Shown here: one piece after another, positions 36,078-43,458 of the stretch
How the letters are laid out: every line of letters begins with the position of its first letter
How positions within the stretch are numbered: position 1 is the first letter of the stretch
DNA from: a virus
Taxonomy: Duplodnaviria; Caudoviricetes
DNA length: 62,372 nucleotides
IMG/VR virus record: IMGVR_UViG_3300025769_000109
Span: 1 to 62,372 of that record
Strand: one strand, 5' to 3'
Position numbers and translations under genes: made by a program
The notes under the pieces: model-generated
What the model was told of the DNA's origin: nothing
Database searches by the model: none
Seen by the model: the letters and a program-made list of their open reading frames with translations, nothing else

Positions 36078-36249
36078 GGCGTTCTCCAAATCTAAATTCA
36101 TCTATGACCGTTCCGCGACACTGACTGCATTGACGTGTTATCTTGCGTTTGTCATACACGTAGGTGTCTTCCACCAGTCGTAACGTAGCCATACACCAAG
36201 GGCAAAGGTTGTCTTCTAATCGCTTTTGAATTTCACCCTTATCTTCCAT
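36016..36249 (-). CDS. Small zinc-ribbon protein
   Basis: CPWC...CSQC; GAGGGG RBS. Confidence 0.5.
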   Translation of the reverse strand: MEDKGEIQKRLEDNLCPWCMATLRLVEDTYVYDKRKITRQCSQCRGTVIDEFRFGERHGNDTRSKGEEESHHHTQRT

Positions 36250-36308
36250 TGCGTTACCCCTCGGAACTGGTTTCACAAAGTGGGTGGGGAGCGGCGAACC
36301 GCCCCCCT

Positions 36309-36325
36309 GTTAGTGCCGCACTAAC
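36309..36325. promoter_or_regulatory. 17-bp palindrome copy 2 GTTAGTGCCGCACTAAC
   Basis: Intergenic, next to a GC hairpin. Confidence 0.8.
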
Positions 36326-36326
36326 A

Positions 36327-36596
36327 TCACAGTCGAAATACCCAATAAACATTGGCGTCAATTCTCCTGCCTACACCATCGACCACTTTGGTTGGCTTGT
36401 CCAAAGGGGTCAGCATCAGTAGCGCAACCTTCTCTTGCATCCACAAAGGAAGGCTGTCTACCAAAGGGTACTCACCCTCCACCTTGCTGTCAAACACTTC
36501 CATGCCAATACATGACACTTCGACAGCATTGGTGTGAGGGTTTATGTAAACGCGGTATACGTTATCATCATGTGGTAAGTCGTTATCGTACGACAT
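36327..36596 (-). CDS. Hypothetical protein
   Basis: LPLWMQEKVALL...VDGVGRR, resembling C-terminus of the upstream gene product. Confidence 0.65.
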   Translation of the reverse strand: MSYDNDLPHDDNVYRVYINPHTNAVEVSCIGMEVFDSKVEGEYPLVDSLPLWMQEKVALLMLTPLDKPTKVVDGVGRRIDANVYWVFRL

Positions 36597-37473
36597 AAAA
36601 CATGCCTTCGCCCGCGCTGTAACCAACGTCATCGACAAAGTCATCCTTGTCTAGGATGTTCAGCACCGATAGCTTCTGCATGATCTCTTCGGGTAACGTG
36701 TCAGCAGTGAACCGTTGAACGTCCGTGCTGATGTTGGTTTCCCATGAATGCTTACCCTTGTCGATGGTCGTGACATCGAAATGCTGTGCACCGAACCGTT
36801 CGTACACGCGGACAAACCACATCGGCACCGTGCGGTTGCTCAGTCGTTCGAGTTCCTGTTGCTTGGCGAACATGTTACGTAGGTCCTGACCAAACGTAGG
36901 GTTCACAAACTCGTGCTCAACTGTCAGCAGGTGTTTGAGTTCTGCCATCAGCTTCGAGCCAAGGTTGGTGTCGCTTGAATACATCGACGTCTCCACGTCG
37001 ATAGCCGAGGCACGTGCGTGTTGGTACTCAGTCCGAGCCTCTTGCACCACCTTGTCCACCGCCTCTGTCGCGTCTTTCAAACGTGTCTCCGCAAGCTCAA
37101 TCGGTGACATCATACGTATAAACTTCTTAGCATTGCGCACCGCTGTATCTACATTGGTAGACATCTTCATGAAGTATTGCTTGCTGTAATCGCTGTACTT
37201 GCCGTTCTCGATTGTCCGTGCGTTGACAACGTACATACTGGTACCGTCACCACCGTTGCGGTAGTCACCGTAACCAACCCACCCAAGACAGTAGGGGCAG
37301 TCATCACGGTACAGCCAGTAGCTTTGCCTGTCACGTCCGTGCATCTTTACACGTAGTTCCTTACACACTCTCTCAGCGAATGGGGTTACGTACTCGGCAC
37401 CGTTGGTGTTTTCGGTGACGGTACCGCCTGTTGTTAGTGCGTCACTAACAAGTTTGTGGTCATATCTAGCCAT
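36583..37473 (-). CDS. Hypothetical early protein
   Basis: AAGGAGAAC RBS; C-terminal LPEEIMQKLSVL...VDDVG. Confidence 0.7.
   Translation of the reverse strand: MARYDHKLVSDALTTGGTVTENTNGAEYVTPFAERVCKELRVKMHGRDRQSYWLYRDDCPYCLGWVGYGDYRNGGDGTSMYVVNARTIENGKYSDYSKQYFMKMSTNVDTAVRNAKKFIRMMSPIELAETRLKDATEAVDKVVQEARTEYQHARASAIDVETSMYSSDTNLGSKLMAELKHLLTVEHEFVNPTFGQDLRNMFAKQQELERLSNRTVPMWFVRVYERFGAQHFDVTTIDKGKHSWETNISTDVQRFTADTLPEEIMQKLSVLNILDKDDFVDDVGYSAGEGMFYVVR
37433..37449. promoter_or_regulatory. 17-bp palindrome copy 3 GTTAGTGCGTCACTAAC (intragenic)
   Basis: Within first codons of 36583-37473. Confidence 0.8.
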
Positions 37474-37489
37474 GTCGTTCTCCTTTAAC

Positions 37490-37663
37490 TTAGCCGTTGC
37501 GTACTTTGCTGAACGCATCTTTGATTGCGTTGATTTGCTTGAGCGCAGTCTTACGTGCGCCGAATGATTCGAGAAGTTCGGCCTCACTCCGTAACTTCTC
37601 ACAGTGTTGCTCGACGATCCGTTCGATGATCGCTACTGCCATTGCATACTCCATGTTACTCAT
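37490..37663 (-). CDS. Small hypothetical protein (57 aa, not in ORF track)
   Basis: GAGGAGG RBS; MSNMEYAMAVAIIERIVEQ... Confidence 0.6.
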   Translation of the reverse strand: MSNMEYAMAVAIIERIVEQHCEKLRSEAELLESFGARKTALKQINAIKDAFSKVRNG

Positions 37664-37673
37664 TGCTTCCTCC

Positions 37674-38912
37674 TCAAAGGTCTCGTGATTTTATGTAAAC
37701 GTATTTACCAGTGTCGGGCTTTGCACTCTGGTTGTCTAAGATGCACCATAGCACAGGACATGCCCATTGCCCCCATGATCCACCAAGGTACCCATCGGTC
37801 AAAATGATGGCGGCTTGCGGCTTGACACCATGCTCGGTCAGATAGGCGGGAACGCACTCGACGTTGGTGCCACCACCGCCCTTGGGCTTGGTAGTCTTCA
37901 CAAGGTCATCGAGTTGGTGCATGTCGTACTTCTCGTCCTGACACACACGTGTGTCCCAGTACAGCAGACGTATGGCCTCGGGTTGCACCGTGTCACAGAT
38001 GGACTTGATCTCTGACATAAACGCAGTGAGTTGGACACCACCGATAGACCCTGACGTGTCAACAGCAATGACAAGTTCACCCACCTGCTCGCTGATACCG
38101 CTCGGCATGTAGTAACCTGATGACACGTAGCGACGATTGGGACGTTGCCATGTGGAGTAGTCGTTACCTGCACAGGTAGTCTGGACAAACTCGCGCAACA
38201 CCTCGCGCCAGTCGATCTGCGGTTGTAGTAACTCGTCAAGAGAACGGTCACCACCTGACCCGACCTTACCTGCAATGAGCGCACCTTGGCGTATGGCCTC
38301 GTCGATCTCACGCGCAAGTTCGCGTTTCTCGTCGGGTGTCAGTTCGGTAGCACCGTCCCAGTCATGGTCATCGAAACCTTGGGGTGGTTGGGGCTGACCG
38401 TGACCTACAGCGGTGTTTTGTGTACCAGTAGTGTCACCTGACCCCTCGTCGCCATCTTGTGGTGAGCCGTTATCACGTAGGTCATGAAAGACTGCGGCGC
38501 TGTCCCACCCACGATACTTCTCGGAGTAGCACCCACCTTGCGGCATGGTAGCCCAACCGTCTCTGTTGTCGTCGGCAATCTTGACGTTGATGACGTAATC
38601 ACATGCTTGGTTGGCAAGCTGTGGATCGTCGTCGTGCAGATGTCGCCATGTGATAAGGTGTTTGTACAGCTTGTGGTATACCTCGTGAAGCACAAGGAAC
38701 CGTAGTTCTGCATCGTTGAGCGAGTCAACAAAGTCACGCCCATACATCTCATCGCGTCCGTTGGTACACGCAGTTGGATGGTCGTCCACCACCGTGCGAT
38801 CACCGATCATGAGGACACCTGCGAGGGCAACGTATTTGGGGTTGCCCATGATGTCAACGACAGCTTTGGACAGTCGTTGCTCTGGTGTAAGTTGTTTACC
38901 TATGGCTAGCAT
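37674..38912 (-). CDS. Metallopeptidase-VWA domain protein (DUF2201-like)
   Basis: TACTNG, LHEVYH (HExxH), MIDAS DTSGS, GGGGT, LTDGY. Confidence 0.85.
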   Translation of the reverse strand: MLAIGKQLTPEQRLSKAVVDIMGNPKYVALAGVLMIGDRTVVDDHPTACTNGRDEMYGRDFVDSLNDAELRFLVLHEVYHKLYKHLITWRHLHDDDPQLANQACDYVINVKIADDNRDGWATMPQGGCYSEKYRGWDSAAVFHDLRDNGSPQDGDEGSGDTTGTQNTAVGHGQPQPPQGFDDHDWDGATELTPDEKRELAREIDEAIRQGALIAGKVGSGGDRSLDELLQPQIDWREVLREFVQTTCAGNDYSTWQRPNRRYVSSGYYMPSGISEQVGELVIAVDTSGSIGGVQLTAFMSEIKSICDTVQPEAIRLLYWDTRVCQDEKYDMHQLDDLVKTTKPKGGGGTNVECVPAYLTEHGVKPQAAIILTDGYLGGSWGQWACPVLWCILDNQSAKPDTGKYVYIKSRDL

Positions 38913-39043
38913 TATTCTTCCTCCTCTTCTTCATCTGTGGGGAAGGACACGACAACGTGACCGTATTCTTCGTGAGTGATCTCCCACTTGTGGGTTGGGC
39001 AAGTCTCCAACCATTCAAAAAATTCTTCGCGGGTCATTGTCAT
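38912..39043 (-). CDS. Small acidic hypothetical protein (43 aa)
   Basis: AAGGAG RBS; MTMTREEFFEWLE...EEEEE fills gap between genes. Confidence 0.55.
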   Translation of the reverse strand: MTMTREEFFEWLETCPTHKWEITHEEYGHVVVSFPTDEEEEEE

Positions 39044-39048
39044 TCTCC

Positions 39049-40140
39049 TTACTTCTTGTCAGCGGCGAACATGTAGTTGTTGTCCATCGCCCACTGCGTG
39101 AATTTCTTGTTGGTCATCACAGTCTTGCGGTGAGCGTACTTGTCACTGGACACACCGTTGGCGAACATGCCCTGCGCTTCTTTGTCGAGGCGCACCATGT
39201 AGTCCATCCATGCGTCGATCCAGTCCGCACCAATAGTTGATAGGGTGCGATAGACAACCATACAGACGGCGGCGGCACTGTCAGGTACCTTGGCTGTCTT
39301 GGGTTCGTCCTTGATGGATTGCAGTGACGGCAGTTGGTCAGCGAGTTTGACGAATGCCATCAGGTCCATGGCCCCACGTTCACCGATAGTGCCCATGAGT
39401 AAACTTGTCAGGGTCTGATCGTCGAAGTGCTCACGGGACTTGAGCCAGTCGGACGCCGCCTCAAGAGAACGCGGTGTGACAAACGCCGTGCGCTGTTGTT
39501 TGGGGTGGTAGATGTAGGGGTTGTCGTCAGGGTCTTTGACGTCCTCGAAACTGTGGAACAGGTGCGGGTTGTCCTTGCACCAACCGAGCAGTGTGTGATC
39601 GACACCGTTGTTGATGCCCCACTCGATCCACTCCATGTTGTCAGGTTTACGTGCGGTGATGACCGTGATGCGGTTCCGTGCGTGTGGTGGTAGTAGGTCA
39701 CCGACACCCTCCGCGCCGAGGTTAGTGGTCGCAAAGATTATCGAGTCAGGGTGTAACTCGTAACCACCGATCTTGCGTTCGAGCATGACGCGCAGTAGCG
39801 CATTCTTCACAGCGGGGTTGGCCTTGCCGTACTCGTCGATCATGAGAATGATCGGGGTCTTGTGATGTGCGCCCAGTTCCTCGTTGGTCGCGTATGCAAC
39901 GTAATCGGCACCGTCGAGGTTGGACATCTTAGGTATGGTGATGTCACCCAAGTCCTTGGTGGTGCAGTCGAAGTAACACGCGATGTGGTTTGGTAGCGCA
40001 CGTGATAACGTGTTGAGCAGTGAGGACTTACCTGTCCCCATGTGCCCTTGCACAAGTATCGTGCGTTGATGACCACCGACACGGATCGCGTTGTCAATTT
40101 GGTCAAGGCCGAGTGAGTACATTTGAATTGCTGAGTTCAT
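39049..40140 (-). CDS. AAA+ ATPase (MoxR-like)
   Basis: Walker A GHMGTGKS, Walker B LMIDE, ATTN, RNR, TPRS; near VWA gene. Confidence 0.85.
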   Translation of the reverse strand: MNSAIQMYSLGLDQIDNAIRVGGHQRTILVQGHMGTGKSSLLNTLSRALPNHIACYFDCTTKDLGDITIPKMSNLDGADYVAYATNEELGAHHKTPIILMIDEYGKANPAVKNALLRVMLERKIGGYELHPDSIIFATTNLGAEGVGDLLPPHARNRITVITARKPDNMEWIEWGINNGVDHTLLGWCKDNPHLFHSFEDVKDPDDNPYIYHPKQQRTAFVTPRSLEAASDWLKSREHFDDQTLTSLLMGTIGERGAMDLMAFVKLADQLPSLQSIKDEPKTAKVPDSAAAVCMVVYRTLSTIGADWIDAWMDYMVRLDKEAQGMFANGVSSDKYAHRKTVMTNKKFTQWAMDNNYMFAADKK

Positions 40141-40160
40141 GATATTTCTCCAGTTGATTT

Positions 40161-40177
40161 GTTAGTGCGGCACTAAC
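40161..40177. promoter_or_regulatory. 17-bp palindrome copy 4 GTTAGTGCGGCACTAAC
   Basis: Intergenic, just upstream of the AAA gene RBS. Confidence 0.8.
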
Positions 40178-40181
40178 TTGT

Positions 40182-41099
40182 TTACATGTCGATTGAAGGA
40201 AGTGACTTGATGACATCGTCAACAGCACGTTTGGTTTCTGCACGTAGGTAGCCATCCTCGCGCAATGCGTCAGGTGTGACACCGCGTAAGGTATCGTCAA
40301 GTTTCATGGCGAGAGCCGCCATCTGAGAGTCACCTGTCACGTTGCACACGTTAAGAAGTTCCACCATGTCGGTGACGTTGGACACCAAGGTGTCACGGAA
40401 GACCTTCTTCTGTTCGTGGTCGGCGTAGTCGAGGCGCTCGGACATCTTGGACAATGCCTTGTAAGCACGTTGCCACACGTCATCCATCGCGGACTTCAGT
40501 TGGTCGGCGTAGTAGGACTGATAGTGGTTGCGCACTAACTCGTTACCCTCGTTGCCTATGTCGATGCGGAAGTCACCCGCGTCTGGCAGTGGGATGTACG
40601 AGAAACGAAAGCGAAACTTGGACGCGATGCTGTCCGTCGATGGGTAATCGGCAGGGTCGAACATGTCGCCTAGTTTGGCTTGTGACTGTGCGATTGCCCA
40701 GTCGTACGCGTCGAGAAACGTCTGCACCATGCGCTCGTACTCGTTCTGCACCTCGGTCATCGCTTGGTGATACTTGAAGTATTGCGCGGTCGGCAGTAGG
40801 CGAAGCCCAGTGTCAGACCATGGCATTGTCATGCCGTAGTGTAGGTTACGGACGTTAGCTGTAAACTTCTGAACAGCAGTGAGTTCATCGCAGTTGCCCA
40901 GTAGCTTCTTGTGCACATTGGCGATACCTGCATCGGCATGGTGACGCGTGGTAACGTCTTGTGACGCACGCTTGTCTAGCTTGCGGCCAGTCCATGTGCT
41001 GATGCTGAGTTCTACCAACATTGACGCAGAGCCAATGGATGGTGCGTTTACCGCAGGTTGATTTGTTAGTGCGGCACTAACATTGCTTTGTTGTGTCAT
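40182..41099 (-). CDS. DUF3150-like early protein
   Basis: LVELSISTWTGRKLD, TMPW, GLRLLP, YP motifs; upstream of AAA/VWA pair. Confidence 0.6.
   Translation of the reverse strand: MTQQSNVSAALTNQPAVNAPSIGSASMLVELSISTWTGRKLDKRASQDVTTRHHADAGIANVHKKLLGNCDELTAVQKFTANVRNLHYGMTMPWSDTGLRLLPTAQYFKYHQAMTEVQNEYERMVQTFLDAYDWAIAQSQAKLGDMFDPADYPSTDSIASKFRFRFSYIPLPDAGDFRIDIGNEGNELVRNHYQSYYADQLKSAMDDVWQRAYKALSKMSERLDYADHEQKKVFRDTLVSNVTDMVELLNVCNVTGDSQMAALAMKLDDTLRGVTPDALREDGYLRAETKRAVDDVIKSLPSIDM
41065..41081. promoter_or_regulatory. 17-bp palindrome copy 5 (intragenic)
   Basis: GTTAGTGCGGCACTAAC; shares flank GTTGATTT with copy 4. Confidence 0.8.
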
Positions 41100-41198
41100 G
41101 TCGTTCTCCTGTATGACATAAGTTGCGTTAGCGTTGGTGGCCTACCACTTGCCATAGGACAAGAGCGGGAACCGTTGGGTAGACCACCAACTCTATAT

Positions 41199-41227
41199 AT
41201 TATGCCACAACTGACGAGATATGTCAA
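41199..41227 (-). promoter_or_regulatory. Strong sigma70 early promoter
   Basis: Minus strand TTGACA-17 nt-CATAAT with extended TG. Confidence 0.75.
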
Positions 41228-41396
41228 ATGTTACCAAAACGTGTTGAGAAGTGTAATGTTCTGTTGTTTTGTGTAAAGTTCTTATATTGTTCGGAAGCAA
41301 GTATTTGATTTACAAGCAAAGTTCGATTATTCGCTAATTTGAGAAGTGAGGACTAGCGCGGAGGGGGGTGGACGGACGGAGTAAGAAACGAATCTT

Positions 41397-41413
41397 GTTA
41401 GTGCGACACTAAC
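41397..41413. promoter_or_regulatory. 17-bp palindrome copy 6 GTTAGTGCGACACTAAC
   Basis: Non-coding region. Confidence 0.8.
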
Positions 41414-41613
41414 TTTACCCCTTGTATATACTTTTCTATAAAACGAATAATATATAATAATAATAAGAAAACTAAACAAACTACAAAAGCTGACAGGCAG
41501 GTTCTGCTAACGCTCCGCTCGGGTTGGTATGGTATGCCACCAAAACGCATTGTACGTTTGACATCTTCAAAAAACGAACTTTCACCGAACATTACGAACA
41601 TTGCACCGAACAA

Positions 41614-41748
41614 AGGCTCAGCGCGACATGGAGAACTGGTATCGTGTGTTAGTGCGGCACTAACATGCCCGCTGCCGGTTGGCGTTTGATTCATCGCGTG
41701 TTAACACGTTTACGCACAGGCTCAGCGCGACATTGGGAACTGGTTTCG
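41614..41748 (+). repeat. 31-bp imperfect direct repeat (41614-41644 and 41718-41748)
   Basis: AGGCTCAGCGCGACAT-nGnGAACTGGTwTCG, 28/31 identical. Confidence 0.85.
41648..41664. promoter_or_regulatory. 17-bp palindrome copy 7
   Basis: GTTAGTGCGGCACTAAC between the two 31-bp repeats. Confidence 0.8.
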
Positions 41749-41756
41749 ATAGGCAC

Positions 41757-41785
41757 AAAAAAAGGCAGAGCCGAAGCTCTGCCTT
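41757..41785 (-). terminator. Intrinsic terminator with C(UUCG)G loop
   Basis: Minus strand AAGGCAGAGC-TTCG-GCTCTGCCTT then TTTTT. Confidence 0.85.
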
Positions 41786-41790
41786 AGTTG

Positions 41791-41967
41791 TTACTGTGTG
41801 ATGCCCTCCCAGATCATCGCGGGTGTTAGGCATGAATTGGTTGGTGTCCAATATGATTCGTCCCATGACTCACAACCTAGTAACAAGTTAATGAATATGA
41901 AGGCTAGAAAAAAGCCGGTGAGTGCGAGGGCGATTACCGCCCCCGCTGTTTCGACTAAGCGTCTCAT
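41791..41967 (-). CDS. Small putative lipoprotein/membrane protein (58 aa, not in ORF track)
   Basis: MRRLVETAGAVIALALTGFFLAFIFINLLLGC...; overlaps upstream stop, ends before terminator. Confidence 0.55.
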   Translation of the reverse strand: MRRLVETAGAVIALALTGFFLAFIFINLLLGCESWDESYWTPTNSCLTPAMIWEGITQ

Positions 41968-42479
41968 TTAAGAACCGCCAGTGCCGCTTTGACTTTGGCA
42001 ACCATGTCAGTGACATCGAACGTTGCCTCTTCTGCCTGTTGGCATACCTTGATGACATCGTTCAGATTGTCACGGATACGCTGATCCAGTGGGCGATTGC
42101 GTGAACCCGCACCATCTGATGGCTTGTCAGCTTCCAAGCGCTTTGTAAGCTGGCGCTTGAAGTCATTGCGACGTGCGCCAATCTGTTGTTGCCAGTAGCG
42201 GCGCGTTGTCTTCTGGGCGTCTGTTAACGACTTAACAGGCTTAGCCAGTAGCTTCTGAATGTCAGCGTTGAAGCCGAGCACGATGGCATCGTTCAGCGCG
42301 TTGAATTCGTCAGCCTTGACCGTCGAACCCTCAGACTTTGGCGAAACAAAGTCAGTAGGCTTATCGAACCCATCCGCGATAAGCGCATCAAGTGCGGCAA
42401 CGCCCGCCTTGTCTGCACGGATGGAAGTAGATACTGCTTTAGAGACCGCAGTGATTGTCTGTTGGGATAAAGTACGCAT
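41964..42479 (-). CDS. Hypothetical early helical protein
   Basis: AGGAG RBS; first gene after promoter at 42541-42569. Confidence 0.7.
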   Translation of the reverse strand: MRTLSQQTITAVSKAVSTSIRADKAGVAALDALIADGFDKPTDFVSPKSEGSTVKADEFNALNDAIVLGFNADIQKLLAKPVKSLTDAQKTTRRYWQQQIGARRNDFKRQLTKRLEADKPSDGAGSRNRPLDQRIRDNLNDVIKVCQQAEEATFDVTDMVAKVKAALAVLK

Positions 42480-42540
42480 GTCATATCTCCTATGATTGAC
42501 AGTTAAGTTAACGCCAACGGTTCCCGCCGTTGACAATTAC

Positions 42541-42569
42541 ATTAAGCCTGTTTCGTGATAACAAATCAA
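42541..42569 (-). promoter_or_regulatory. Putative sigma70 early promoter with AT-rich upstream element
   Basis: Minus strand TTGATT-17 nt-CTTAAT; A-tracts at 42570-42605. Confidence 0.5.
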
Positions 42570-42618
42570 TAGATAAACAAACAAAACAGCACAAAAATAC
42601 AAAACTCGATAGGCCGAT

Positions 42619-42635
42619 GTTAGTGCGGCACTAAC
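42619..42635. promoter_or_regulatory. 17-bp palindrome copy 8
   Basis: GTTAGTGCGGCACTAAC in divergent intergenic region. Confidence 0.8.
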
Positions 42636-42801
42636 AAATCACCAGACGCGAACCCCACCCTACCCCCACCACCCCGCTGTCAGCTTGTGACTCCGTATTA
42701 CCTATGTATTACTAATCTGCGTGAACAATCGTAAAATTCCTGAGTTCGACCCCCACCCCCCTCATATATAGGAACACCCCCCGGTAGGAGTCCCAACCTC
42801 C

Positions 42802-42830
42802 TTGCACGAAAACAAATTATTGTGTATAAC
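42802..42830 (+). promoter_or_regulatory. Putative sigma70-like promoter of packaging/structural operon
   Basis: TTGCAC-17 nt-TATAAC upstream of 42865. Confidence 0.5.
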
Positions 42831-42864
42831 TCGACAGTAACGGTGAATAACCTGCGGAAACAGT

Positions 42865-43458
42865 ATGACTTTGATGCTTGAACCAGAGATTGGTGTTCCG
42901 TATTCGGACAGCATTCCCTATATGGACTTGCGTGCACGGGCAGAGGCTGCGTGCAATACGGCTTCTATGCTTTCAGAACACGGTTTGAACCTTGAACCGA
43001 CCGCAGAAGACGAGAATACCGCCGCGAAACTCGCGTTGGCTTACGCTGATAACCCTGAAAAGACCTCGAAAAAGGTCACAAACAAGCGTGCAGCCAAGCT
43101 CCCACCCCCGGCACTCGTAGCTACTCACGGAATCCTTACACAGTTCGGGCATTCGGTAGTGGAGAGCGCGGTCCAAGTACGCCACTTGGTCACAAATAAG
43201 CTGATTGAAGAGACCGAAAACCCTGATCCACGGGTGCGAATCCGTGCATTAGAGCTTTTGGGTAAAATATCGGACGTTGGTTTGTTTACAGAGAAGACAG
43301 AAGTCACAATTACCCACCGAACCACGGACGAATTGCGTGAAAGCCTGCGTTCTAAGCTGGCAAAACTCGTAAATCCCGAGGAAAACATCGAAGAAGCGGT
43401 GTATACGGAGGTAGATGTCGATGCAGAACTCGGTATCGAGGACGAAACCGATGAATGA
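42865..43458 (+). CDS. Terminase small subunit (putative)
   Basis: RIRALELLGKISDVGLFTEKTEV; directly upstream of large terminase. Confidence 0.7.
   Translation: MTLMLEPEIGVPYSDSIPYMDLRARAEAACNTASMLSEHGLNLEPTAEDENTAAKLALAYADNPEKTSKKVTNKRAAKLPPPALVATHGILTQFGHSVVESAVQVRHLVTNKLIEETENPDPRVRIRALELLGKISDVGLFTEKTEVTITHRTTDELRESLRSKLAKLVNPEENIEEAVYTEVDVDAELGIEDETDE

Noticed and set aside
41228-41790. tRNA or known ncRNA in the long intergenic region
   Set aside because: No cloverleaf or T-loop context recognised; a covariance-model search would be needed.
42514-42532. Cobalamin riboswitch-like fragment CGGTTCCCGCC
   Set aside because: Wrong strand for the downstream gene and other conserved riboswitch elements are absent.
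32006-42635. Palindrome copies as a CRISPR array, with the Cas4-like nuclease nearby
   Set aside because: Spacing is irregular (250 bp to 4.3 kb), copies lie inside genes, repeats are only 17 bp, and the nuclease is a normal phage replication-module enzyme.
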